DNA of 64,000 bases from Thermoplasmata archaeon (lineage in GTDB: Archaea > Thermoplasmatota > Thermoplasmata > Lutacidiplasmatales > UBA184), in the NCBI GenBank assembly GCA_021821785.1, contig JAKACD010000003.1, positions 8,462-72,461 of the forward strand. Reading direction: 5' to 3'. The position numbers and the translations under genes were made by a program. Under the pieces are notes generated by a model, which saw only the letters and a list, made by a program, of their open reading frames with translations, did no database searches and was not told where the DNA came from. Shown here piece after piece: positions 7,222 to 15,558 of this stretch. Position 1 is the stretch's first letter. Every line of letters begins with the position of its first letter.

Positions 7222-9567
7222 CTATGCGGGGCTAAAAGGTCCGCTCGGCCCCGGGCCGTTCGCGAGCTCCGATTGCGTCGCACGCTCGGGCGAGCGGTAC
7301 GGCGCGCGCGTCGGGGCCAGGGGCCCGCCCCACCGCTCGAGCAACGTCGCCCGGTCGATCCCGAGGGGGGCGAGGAGGGTCTCGGCGTCCCGTGCGAGCA
7401 GGTCGAGGTACGCCCCGACGTCGTAGCGCTCGTCGCCCGTGAGCTGCTCCGCGACCGCGACCCGACGGCGGAACGACCGACTCTCCCGATCGAGGAGGAC
7501 GAACCGGACGACCTCGCCCGCCTCCCGCCGGGCCCCGGCCTCCGCGAGCTGGCGCAGGGCGGCGACCGAGTCGGTGAACGTACCGAACGCCTCGGGCGCC
7601 TGGCCGACCCGGTGGCTCACGAGGAGCTCCTCGACCGGCCAGTCGCCCGCCGCGACGCGGGCGGCGATGAGGTCGGCCCGGGAGAGGGCCCGGGGGAGCA
7701 GCGCCCGGACGCCGGCCGCGTCGCGCGCGGTACGAAAGAGGGTCAGGACCTCGCTCTCGAACCGACGGACGAGCCCCGGCGTGTCGTGACGACGGCCGCC
7801 GATCCCGCGGAGTTTGAACTCCCCGTGCTCGTAGAGGCCGTAGTACCGGTTCGGCACGCCGAGCCCGTGCGTCACCGCCGGCAGGAACACGATCCAGCGG
7901 TACCGCCCCTCGTAGCCGAGGGGGAGGTCGAACCGCTCGCTCATGCGGGCCGCGAACCCCTCGGGGTCCGCGGGCCGCCCGAGGTCGACGGGCCGCAGCC
8001 AGAGCGAGTCAACGATCCCGTGCAGCACCGCGTAGCCGGCCCGCTCGGCCTCCGGAAGGAGGGCGGCGATGAGCTCCCGGGCGTAGGCGTTGATCGCCTC
8101 GTGGCATTCGATCCGGCCGAAGCGGGCGTTGCGGTAGCCCTGGTAGCCGAACGCCGTCACGAGGATCCACTTGAGCATCTTGACTCGGCGGCGGAGACGG
8201 CTCGCCTCCTCCGCGGGGAGGCCGGGGCGCTTCAGGGCCGCCTTGTAGGCGAGGCGTCGGGCGAGGAGCGGGGCGAGGGTGCGGGGGATGAGGCCGACCC
8301 GGCGGGTGCAGGAGCGGTAGCCGAGCCCCGGAGCCCGGATCGGGCTCTGCGGACAGCAGCGGCACTCGAGCGTCTCCGCGGAGAGGTTCTTGCGGACCAT
8401 GATGTGCGGGTAGAGGCTCGCGAAATCGAACTCGTCGACGTGGTCGTGGACCCCGACCGGCGGGAGGAAGATCACCCCCCCGCGGTCGGCCGCGACCAGG
8501 CGGTCGGCCCGGCGGAACCCCTCGGGACGGTTCTTCTTCCACGGCACGTGCGCGCCGAGCGCGAGCGCGTGGGCCATCTCCATCGCCGTGAAGCAGGTCC
8601 CCGGCGACTGGCGGACGACGGTCGCGAGCGAGAGGCGGGAGAGCCGGGCCGCGTCGACCAGGCCGGCGATCTCGGCGTCGTCGTAGAGGAAGGAGTTCTC
8701 TCGGTCGATATGGAACCGACCGGGGATCGGGTACGATGCGGAACGATGCAGCACGCGACCGTACGACTCGAACGAGCGCGCGGGCCGGCTCGCCCGGAAG
8801 CCGACCCGCTCGCGGCCGAGGGAGAACTCGGACGGAGGCAGCCCGCACGCCGCTGCCCGCCGGTAGAGCCACGGGAGGTCGAAGGAATCTCCGCCCTGGG
8901 TGAGCAGGATGTCGGGATCGCTCCGCGCGAGCTCATCGACCAGCGCGCGCAAGAGGTCCGCCTCGGGCCCCTCGAGCGTCACCTCGCCGAGGCGGACCGA
9001 CCCGATACGGCCGTCCGGCGGCGGGAGCCGGCCCCGGCGCATCCCGGCGAGACGGACCTCGAGCCGGGCGAGGCGCAGCGGCGGGGGAAGGTACTCGATC
9101 GCCTCGGGAGGCTCGGTCGCGGTGAGCGCGGCCCCGGTCCCCACGACCGGGGCGAACGGGTAGAGCGCATGGCCGAGGTGGTAGAGCTGCGGGGGGAGGA
9201 GGTCGACGTCGTAGAGCGAGAACGTCTCGTACTGCCCGGCGGCGTCGACCTCCCGGGCGAGCGCCCGGCGCTCCGGGTTCCGCATCGGGGTGACCGTGAG
9301 GACCGGGCGGGGGCGCCGATCGTAGAGCGACGGGCGCCCCGTCCCCAGCGCGACCGCGGCGACGGTCGGTCGCCCGGCGAGCGAGCGGGCGAGGTCGACG
9401 AGCGCGGGGCGGGGTCCCGTGACCAGGAACGGGGGACGGTACTCGACGGCGGTGCGGCGGACCCGTCCGGTCCGTCGCGACTTCACCCAGAGGACGATCG
9501 AGCGGCCGTCCTCGCTCTCGGTGATGTCGAGAAGCCAGCCGTCGGGGGTCGACGTCGGTCCGCTCAC
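7222..9567 (-). CDS. polB: family B DNA polymerase, divergent (altered Exo I, motif B, motif C, KKRY)
   Basis: 781 aa. Motif A is DFASLYPH, Exo II is GGDSFDLPWLYRRA, and motif B reads KWILVTAFGYQGY. Motif C reads HGIVDS (8005-8022) instead of YxDTDS. Exo I reads LEV instead of DxE. The segment LRGIGGRRHDTP matches tRGle.vRRD. Confidence 0.85.
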   Translation of the reverse strand: MSGPTSTPDGWLLDITESEDGRSIVLWVKSRRTGRVRRTAVEYRPPFLVTGPRPALVDLARSLAGRPTVAAVALGTGRPSLYDRRPRPVLTVTPMRNPERRALAREVDAAGQYETFSLYDVDLLPPQLYHLGHALYPFAPVVGTGAALTATEPPEAIEYLPPPLRLARLEVRLAGMRRGRLPPPDGRIGSVRLGEVTLEGPEADLLRALVDELARSDPDILLTQGGDSFDLPWLYRRAAACGLPPSEFSLGRERVGFRASRPARSFESYGRVLHRSASYPIPGRFHIDRENSFLYDDAEIAGLVDAARLSRLSLATVVRQSPGTCFTAMEMAHALALGAHVPWKKNRPEGFRRADRLVAADRGGVIFLPPVGVHDHVDEFDFASLYPHIMVRKNLSAETLECRCCPQSPIRAPGLGYRSCTRRVGLIPRTLAPLLARRLAYKAALKRPGLPAEEASRLRRRVKMLKWILVTAFGYQGYRNARFGRIECHEAINAYARELIAALLPEAERAGYAVLHGIVDSLWLRPVDLGRPADPEGFAARMSERFDLPLGYEGRYRWIVFLPAVTHGLGVPNRYYGLYEHGEFKLRGIGGRRHDTPGLVRRFESEVLTLFRTARDAAGVRALLPRALSRADLIAARVAAGDWPVEELLVSHRVGQAPEAFGTFTDSVAALRQLAEAGARREAGEVVRFVLLDRESRSFRRRVAVAEQLTGDERYDVGAYLDLLARDAETLLAPLGIDRATLLERWGGPLAPTRAPYRSPERATQSELANGPGPSGPFSPA

Positions 9568-9571
9568 ACGG

Positions 9572-9826
9572 TCAGCGTCGGGGGGCCCGCTCCGGAGGCT
9601 CGGGGCGAATCCGCGCGGCCAGGTCGGTGAGGACCGAGAGAAGGATCGACTCGAGGAGATCGGGGCTACCGACGTACGTCGCCTGGGCGGCGTAGCGACG
9701 GGCTCCCGAACGGACGAGGTCGAACGCGGCCCGCTCCTCGGGCGTCGTCAGGAGCCGCGCGAACTCGTCCCAGCGTTTCATCCGCTCCTCGAGCGCCTGC
9801 CGGTAGGTCGGGGCGGTACGTCCCAC
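9572..9826 (-). CDS. small hypothetical protein (69-84 aa, helical)
   Basis: The ORF lies between the RadB-like gene and polB. An internal ATG at 9781 forms an ATGA overlap with the upstream stop (9778-9780). Only 4 nt separate its stop from the polB GTG start. No recognisable domain. Confidence 0.45.
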   Translation of the reverse strand: MGRTAPTYRQALEERMKRWDEFARLLTTPEERAAFDLVRSGARRYAAQATYVGSPDLLESILLSVLTDLAARIRPEPPERAPRR

Positions 9827-10662
9827 GCAATCACCTCCTCGGCGGAAACGCCGCCGAACTCCTCGAGGCCGCGCTGTCCGCTCGGCCGGGCCACGAAGGT
9901 GAGCCGGGCATCGTCCCGCAGGGCCCGCAGGCGCAGGCCGGACGGCCCGCGCTCGAACGTGACGACGTCGGCCCAGCGGGGGCCCTCCTCGGCGAGCCCG
10001 GGGAACGTCGCGATCCCACCCGGGCCGAGCGTCAGGAGCAACGGCACCCGGACCCGGTCGATGAGCGGGACGAGGGTGCGGGCGAGGTGACGGAGGAGCG
10101 CGAGCCGTTCCTCCGCGGGGACCTCGGGGTCGGCGAACAGCGCCGGAAGGTCATGGCCGACGAGCAACGTCGGCGGGTGACGCCGCGCCTCGGCCTCCCA
10201 GCCGTCGACGAGCGCGACCATCTGATAGACGGTGAACGCCCGCGCGAGCCGGATCCCCTCGAGCGTCCGGCGCGCATCGACCCCCAACGACCGGCCGAGC
10301 TCGCCGATGCGGTACGGATGGAACCGGTTCGCCCCTTCGAGAAGGGAGATCCGTCCCCGGACGACCGCGCTTCCCGCGTAGAGGAGCTCGAGGATCGGCT
10401 CGACGGCGGCCCGGGGACCCGTCCAGAGCGTCAGCTCCCCGGGCGCGAAGCGCCGGTCGAGCCAGGGAAACAGCGCCGGCGCGGCGGGCAGGAGCGGTCC
10501 GGCCGACCTCCGTCGGGGACGCGCCCGGGCCCGCCGGGGGAACGGGAGGCGCGGAAGCCGGGGGACCGCCGGGGGAACGCTCTCGGGCAGGAACGGCGCC
10601 CACGGTTCGGGTTCCGGCACCTCCATCGGGACCGCCGGGGCGACCGGGGAACCGTCGAACAT
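9778..10662 (-). CDS. RadB/RecA-fold protein with degenerate Walker A and B (predicted pseudo-ATPase)
   Basis: After a ~65-aa Pro/Arg-rich N-terminus, LDRRFAPGELTLWTGPRAAVEPILELL...ISLLEGANRFHPYRIGELGRSLGVDARRTLEGIRLARAF...TLLVGHDL follows the archaeal RadB layout (FAPG..t.vyGp.gsGKT...yvDtEg.FspeR...). GKT is replaced by VEP, and hhhhD by LLVGHD. Confidence 0.5.
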   Translation of the reverse strand: MFDGSPVAPAVPMEVPEPEPWAPFLPESVPPAVPRLPRLPFPRRARARPRRRSAGPLLPAAPALFPWLDRRFAPGELTLWTGPRAAVEPILELLYAGSAVVRGRISLLEGANRFHPYRIGELGRSLGVDARRTLEGIRLARAFTVYQMVALVDGWEAEARRHPPTLLVGHDLPALFADPEVPAEERLALLRHLARTLVPLIDRVRVPLLLTLGPGGIATFPGLAEEGPRWADVVTFERGPSGLRLRALRDDARLTFVARPSGQRGLEEFGGVSAEEVIAWDVPPRPTGRRSRSG

Positions 10663-10753
10663 GAACCGAACGCGCCTCCCGGGAATCTAGCGCCGGGAAC
10701 GCTCTAAAGCGGCGGCTCGGGAGACCTTGAAACGCAGCGAGAACGGAGCGTTT

Positions 10754-11542
10754 CTATCCGTCCCGGGAGAGCTCGGGGGCATCGAGCCGTCCGCTCCCGG
10801 GCGGGGGCGGGAGCCCGAGCTCCTCGGAGAGCGTGCGGCAGTTCACGGCCGCGTCCCCCCGGAAGTGGTTGTTGAAGAACCCGTAGATGGTCGCCACCTG
10901 CTCGGTCAGCGCGCGCACCCGGGGGACCCAGGCCAGGAGCTCGGGAAGGGAATAGAGATAGTCGTACCAGAGGGGGCTCCCGTGGCCGTGCCAGCGCACG
11001 TAGGCGAACGGGGCGGTCACCTCGAACGCGATGGGGAGGTGCGGACCGTCCACGATCACGTGCGCGAGGCCGAACTCCCGCAGGAGCTCGTAGGACTCCC
11101 GGACCAGCCAGGAGCGCTCCCGGAACTCGACCGCGACCGGGAGGTCCCGGGGGAGCGTCTCGTAGAACCGGCGGACGGTCGCCGCCTCGAACGGAAGGGA
11201 CGGAGGGAGCTGGAGGAGCGCGGCGGTGAACTTCCCCGCCTCTCGAATCGGCTTCAGGACCGCGAGGAAGCGGGCGAGCTCCTCCTCGGTGCCGACCAGG
11301 CGCAGGTCGTGCGTGATCGTCTGGGGGAACTTCGCCGCGAAGCGGAACCGGGCCGGCGTGCGGTGGACCCAGGAGGCGGCGACGGAGGGCGGCGGCAGGC
11401 GATAGAACGTGGAGTTGACCTCGACGATCGGGAAGAGCTTCGCATAGTAGGCCAACCGATCGCTGACCCCCCGCGGCGGGTAGACCCGACCGACCCATTC
11501 GGGGTAGTCCCAGCCGCTGGTCCCGAGCAGGATGTCGCCCAC
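10754..11542 (-). CDS. DUF72 (UPF0759/YecE-like) family protein
   Basis: 262 aa. The pattern LGTSGWDYPEWVGRVYP...YAKLFPIVEVNSTFYRLP...VAVEFRERSW...FFNNH is typical of DUF72. Confidence 0.85.
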   Translation of the reverse strand: MGDILLGTSGWDYPEWVGRVYPPRGVSDRLAYYAKLFPIVEVNSTFYRLPPPSVAASWVHRTPARFRFAAKFPQTITHDLRLVGTEEELARFLAVLKPIREAGKFTAALLQLPPSLPFEAATVRRFYETLPRDLPVAVEFRERSWLVRESYELLREFGLAHVIVDGPHLPIAFEVTAPFAYVRWHGHGSPLWYDYLYSLPELLAWVPRVRALTEQVATIYGFFNNHFRGDAAVNCRTLSEELGLPPPPGSGRLDAPELSRDG

Positions 11543-11612
11543 GGTCGGCCGACCGGCCGTAGGGCTCTCGGCCGGTTAATGCCTCCGGCAGGACGGCGCG
11601 CGCGGGGTGGGC

Positions 11613-12917
11613 CTACCGCCGAAGGAGCGGGGCCTTCCCCACCGAGGGCGTCGCGAGCGCCGAGGTGGGGATAGCGCCCGGCGCACTGTCCGCGGTCGTC
11701 CGCCCCTGCCAGACCGGCGACCGCCAGAAGGTCAGGAGCCCGTAGATCGTGATCGGGAAGAGGAGCGCGGTGCCGAGCAGCCCGGCGGCGAGGGTGCGGG
11801 CCCGGTCGCCCGGAGGAAGGCGACGCGCCACCGCGGCGGAGAAGGTGCCGGCGGCGACGAGGCCGATCAGCGTCTCGGCGGAGAGGAAGAACCGCAGGAC
11901 GAGCGGCCCGTGCGCCGCGTACGGGAGCCGAAGGAACCCGTTCAACGAGGCGCCGAGGAGGGCAAGGAACTGCTCGCCGAGGTGCACGTAGAGCGGGAGG
12001 CGGACGATCCCGAGCGCGAGCGCGAGGAGCGGGAGCGCGTAGGTGCCGGCAAGCTCGAGGCGGTAGAAGAGGCCCGGGTCCTGGGGGCCGTTCCCCGAGA
12101 GATAGCGGCCGAGGCGGATCCAGCTCGAGCGGGACCAGCGGACGTTCTGGCGGACGAAGGCGGCGAGGCTCTCGGGTCGCTCGGTGATCGCCCCGACCGA
12201 GTAGGCCTTCACCGTGCGCAGGCCCTGGCGCAGCACATGGTCGGTGAGCTGCCAGTCGTCGCCGAGGCGGGTCGGCCGGCCGAGCACCGTGAGGTGCTGG
12301 AAGTCGTCCGATAGGACGTACGGGCGCACGACGTCGGTGCGGAACATCATGCACGCGCCGTCCAGGTAGAGGACGTTCCCGCGCGAGGACATCGCCCGAA
12401 GCACGACCTCGCGGGCCCGTTCCACGAACTCCGAGCAGCGGGCCGCGAGCGAGCCGTTGGGGCGGACGTACAGGTTCGCCCCGACCCCGCCGACCCCTGC
12501 CTCGAAGTACGTGGAGAGGTCCCGAACGGCGTGCTCGGGGATCTCGGTGTCGCTGTCCACAAAGAGGACGAACTCGGTCGAGACCTGATGGACGCCGGCG
12601 GCGAGCGCCCGCTTCTTCCCTCCTCGCTCGGCGAGCCCCACGAACTCCGCGCCGGCCTCGGTCGCGAGGGTACGGTACGGCTCGTCCACCCCGTCGCCCA
12701 CGACGATCACCCGGCACCCGTCCCGGGTCACCGAGCGCAGGCACTCCGCGAACCGCTCCGGGCGCTCGGCGTGCACGGGCACCACGATCGTGACGTCCCG
12801 CGGGTCGGCGGGCGGCGCACGGCCGACCGACCCCCGGTGCCGGGACAGGAAGGCGTTGACGAGCAGGTAGACGACCGGGACGAGGCCGACGAAGAACGCG
12901 ATGTCCCAGATGAACAC
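11613..12917 (-). CDS. family 2 glycosyltransferase, processive (hyaluronan/chitin/cellulose-synthase-like), membrane-integral
   Basis: Motifs are VVPVHAE, DSDT, GDDWQLT and QNVRWSRS (the QxxRW motif), plus N- and C-terminal TM segments. The start is uncertain: GTG at 12917 was chosen, and TTG near 12978 is possible. The tracked ORF upstream of this is antisense to the ferredoxin gene. Confidence 0.75.
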   Translation of the reverse strand: MFIWDIAFFVGLVPVVYLLVNAFLSRHRGSVGRAPPADPRDVTIVVPVHAERPERFAECLRSVTRDGCRVIVVGDGVDEPYRTLATEAGAEFVGLAERGGKKRALAAGVHQVSTEFVLFVDSDTEIPEHAVRDLSTYFEAGVGGVGANLYVRPNGSLAARCSEFVERAREVVLRAMSSRGNVLYLDGACMMFRTDVVRPYVLSDDFQHLTVLGRPTRLGDDWQLTDHVLRQGLRTVKAYSVGAITERPESLAAFVRQNVRWSRSSWIRLGRYLSGNGPQDPGLFYRLELAGTYALPLLALALGIVRLPLYVHLGEQFLALLGASLNGFLRLPYAAHGPLVLRFFLSAETLIGLVAAGTFSAAVARRLPPGDRARTLAAGLLGTALLFPITIYGLLTFWRSPVWQGRTTADSAPGAIPTSALATPSVGKAPLLRR

Positions 12918-13076
12918 GATCGCGATCGGACCTCCCCCCTGCCGCGCCCCGCCCTGCTGTGGGGAGCGAGCCCTCCCCCACAAAGAGGTTTGTCCCGAGG
13001 GGCCCCGATTCCTCGGGACCCGGCCGGGGGCCAGACGGGCCGACGGGCTCGGAACCCTACTTCGCGGGGCGGCCAA

Positions 13077-13087
13077 CACTAAATACG
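13077..13087 (+). promoter_or_regulatory. TATA-like box (CACTAAATACG) upstream of the ferredoxin gene
   Basis: An AT-rich island in a GC-rich context, ~35 nt upstream of the ATG at 13122. GGGAGGA lies just upstream of the start. Confidence 0.4.
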
Positions 13088-13121
13088 GGGCGTCGATGGT
13101 TTCCGCGGACGGGAGGAACCG

Positions 13122-13400
13122 ATGGTCACGGTCGACATTGACCTCGGCAAGTGCACCGGCTGCTCGCACTGCCGCGACGTCTGTCCGGTCAATGTCTTCG
13201 AGCTCCGCCCCCGCGACCAGCTCCCCGACCTCGTGGACGATCCCGCGGTCGGGGCGAAGTTCCAGTTCCGGGGCGAGAAGTCGATCTCGGTGAACGGTCC
13301 GGACTGCATCGTCTGCGAAGCGTGCCTTTTCGAGTGCGAGGGGGAGTGCATCCTCATCACGGACGAAGAAGGCCACGTCCACAACTCGGTCTACAAGTGA
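13122..13400 (+). CDS. 2x[4Fe-4S] ferredoxin-like protein
   Basis: CTGCSHCRDVCP and CIVCEACLFEC cluster motifs. 92 aa. Confidence 0.8.
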   Translation: MVTVDIDLGKCTGCSHCRDVCPVNVFELRPRDQLPDLVDDPAVGAKFQFRGEKSISVNGPDCIVCEACLFECEGECILITDEEGHVHNSVYK

Positions 13401-13426
13401 GCCACCGCCCTTCGGCCGGGGCAGCG

Positions 13427-13436
13427 CTTAAATACG
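13427..13436 (+). promoter_or_regulatory. TATA-like box (CTTAAATACG) for atpF
   Basis: About 21 nt upstream of the GTG start at 13455, consistent with a leaderless transcript. The core TAAATACG matches the box at 13077-13087. Confidence 0.45.
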
Positions 13437-13454
13437 CCGGAACCCCGCCCCGCC

Positions 13455-13793
13455 GTGGCCGAGACGCCGCAGGAGCCGGGGCCCACCGTCGTGCTCGGGG
13501 AGCGGGAGCTCGCGATCGGATTCCGTCTGATCGGTCTCAAGGATGTCATCGAAGTGACACCCGAGAACTCCATCGAGGAGTTCCAGCGCGTGATGAGCCA
13601 GGGCCGCTATAGCCTGGTCATCGCGAGCCAGTCGATCCGCGCCCGCCTCTCCGAGACCCAGCGGGCGGCCGCCGACGCCTCGCTCGCGCCGCTCGCGGTG
13701 TTCGTACCGACCCCCACGGGCGAGTTCGAGGTCGAGAGCATCAACACCCTCGCGAAGCGGGTGCTCGGGGTCACGCTCCAAGTTCCGTCGTAG
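13455..13793 (+). CDS. atpF: A-type ATP synthase subunit F
   Basis: 112 aa, LAIGFRLIGL...SLVIASQSI pattern, immediately upstream of atpA. Confidence 0.85.
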   Translation: MAETPQEPGPTVVLGERELAIGFRLIGLKDVIEVTPENSIEEFQRVMSQGRYSLVIASQSIRARLSETQRAAADASLAPLAVFVPTPTGEFEVESINTLAKRVLGVTLQVPS

Positions 13794-13802
13794 GAGAGGA
13801 AG

Positions 13803-15557
13803 ATGGCAGGGGTCATCGCGCGGGTTTCCGGTCCGGTCGTCATCGCCGAGGGTCTCGTGGGTGCGAAGATGTACGATGTCGTACGCGTCGGATCGCTCGG
13901 TCTCGTGGGGGAGATCATCCGGCTCGTGGGCGGCACGGCGACCGTGCAGGTCTACGAGGACACGACGGGGATCCGCCCCGGCGATCCCGTGGAGAACACC
14001 GGCCAGGCGCTGAGCGTCGAGCTCGGCCCGGGCCTCCTGAAGTCGATCTACGACGGCGTCCAACGCCCCCTCGATGTGATCCAGAAGAGCGTCGGGGACT
14101 TCATCACGCGAGGGTTCGCCGCCGCACCGCTCGACCCGGCGGCGAAATGGGAGTTCACCGCGACCGCGAAGACCGGGAGCGAAGTGACTCCGGGCGCGAT
14201 CCTCGGGACCGTCCAGGAGACCCAGCTCATCCTGCACAAGATCATGGTGCCCCCCGGCGTTCGGGGGACCCTGAAATCGCTCAAGTCCGGCTCCTATACC
14301 ATCCGGGACCCGATCGGGTCGGTCACGACCTCCTCGGGCGACGTCCCGCTCTACCTGTCCCAGAAGTGGGTCGTCCGGGTCGCCCGTCCGGTCGCGCAGA
14401 AGCTCCCGCCCGAGATCCCGCTCGTCACGGGCCAGCGGGTCGTCGACACCTTCTTCCCCGTCGCGAAGGGCGGAACGGCCGCGATCCCGGGTCCGTTCGG
14501 AAGCGGGAAGACGGTCACGCAGCAACAGCTCGCGAAGTGGGCCGACTCGGACATCGTCGTCTACGTCGGCTGCGGCGAGCGCGGCAACGAGATGACGGAA
14601 GTGCTCGCGACGTTCCCGAGCCTCCAGGACCCGAAGTCCAAGCGGCCGCTCATGGAGCGGACGATCCTGATCGCGAATACTTCGAACATGCCGGTCGCCG
14701 CCCGCGAGGCCAGCGTGTACACGGGGATCACGATCGCCGAGTACTACCGCGACATGGGCTACGACGTCGCGCTCATGGCCGACTCGACCAGCCGGTGGGC
14801 CGAGGCGATGCGCGAGATATCGGGGCGGCTCGAGGAGATGCCCGGTGAGGAAGGCTACCCGGCCTACCTCGGTCGGCGTATCGCAGAGTTCTACGAACGG
14901 GCCGGCCGCGTCGTGACCCTCTCCCCCGAGGGCCGGACGGGATCGGTCACGGTCGTCGGCGCGGTCTCGCCGCCCGGCGGGGACACCTCCGAGCCCGTCA
15001 GCCAGAACACGCTCCGGGTCGCCCGCGTCTTCTGGGCGCTCGATGCCTCGCTCGCCTCCCGGCGCCACTTCCCCTCGATCAACTGGCTCCAGAGCTACTC
15101 GCTCTACCTCACCGACCTCGAGCCGTGGTACCGCCGGGAGCTCTCGAAGGAGTTCGTCCAGCTCCGGCAGCGGGCCCTCGAGACCCTCCAGAAGGAGTCG
15201 GAGCTCCAGGAGATCGTCCAGCTGGTCGGCGTCGACGCGCTCCCCGAGCGGGAGAAGGCGACGCTCGACGTCGCCCGGATGCTGCGGGAGGACTACCTCC
15301 AGCAGAGCGCGTTCGACGACGTCGACACGTACACCTCGATCCAGAAGCAGGTCCGGATGCTGCGGGCGATCCTCGCCTTCGGCGACCGGGAACAGGAGGC
15401 GATCGGGAAGGGCGCGACCGTCGCGCAGCTCCAGAAGCTGCCCGTCCGCACCAAACTCTCCCGGATGAAGTGGATCCCCGAGGCGGACATGAAGAACTCG
15501 TTCGACCAGCTCGAGCTCGAGATGGCCGAGGCCGTGAGCGCGGTCGGAGGGGCCTAA
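13803..15557 (+). CDS. atpA: A-type ATP synthase catalytic subunit A
   Basis: 584 aa. Walker A is GPFGSGKTV, followed by GERGNEM and [10 protein letters not shown]. Confidence 0.95.
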   Translation: MAGVIARVSGPVVIAEGLVGAKMYDVVRVGSLGLVGEIIRLVGGTATVQVYEDTTGIRPGDPVENTGQALSVELGPGLLKSIYDGVQRPLDVIQKSVGDFITRGFAAAPLDPAAKWEFTATAKTGSEVTPGAILGTVQETQLILHKIMVPPGVRGTLKSLKSGSYTIRDPIGSVTTSSGDVPLYLSQKWVVRVARPVAQKLPPEIPLVTGQRVVDTFFPVAKGGTAAIPGPFGSGKTVTQQQLAKWADSDIVVYVGCGERGNEMTEVLATFPSLQDPKSKRPLMERTILIANTSNMPVAAREASVYTGITIAEYYRDMGYDVALMADSTSRWAEAMREISGRLEEMPGEEGYPAYLGRRIAEFYERAGRVVTLSPEGRTGSVTVVGAVSPPGGDTSEPVSQNTLRVARVFWALDASLASRRHFPSINWLQSYSLYLTDLEPWYRRELSKEFVQLRQRALETLQKESELQEIVQLVGVDALPEREKATLDVARMLREDYLQQSAFDDVDTYTSIQKQVRMLRAILAFGDREQEAIGKGATVAQLQKLPVRTKLSRMKWIPEADMKNSFDQLELEMAEAVSAVGGA

Positions 15558-15558
15558 G

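Noticed and set aside
5863-9630. 1255-aa plus-strand ORF, one of the longest in the track
   Set aside because: It is antisense to the HEAT-repeat and polB genes. The translation is low-complexity (R/G/E/D/P/A-rich) with no motif, which marks it as a typical high-GC shadow ORF. The minus-strand products have clear family motifs.
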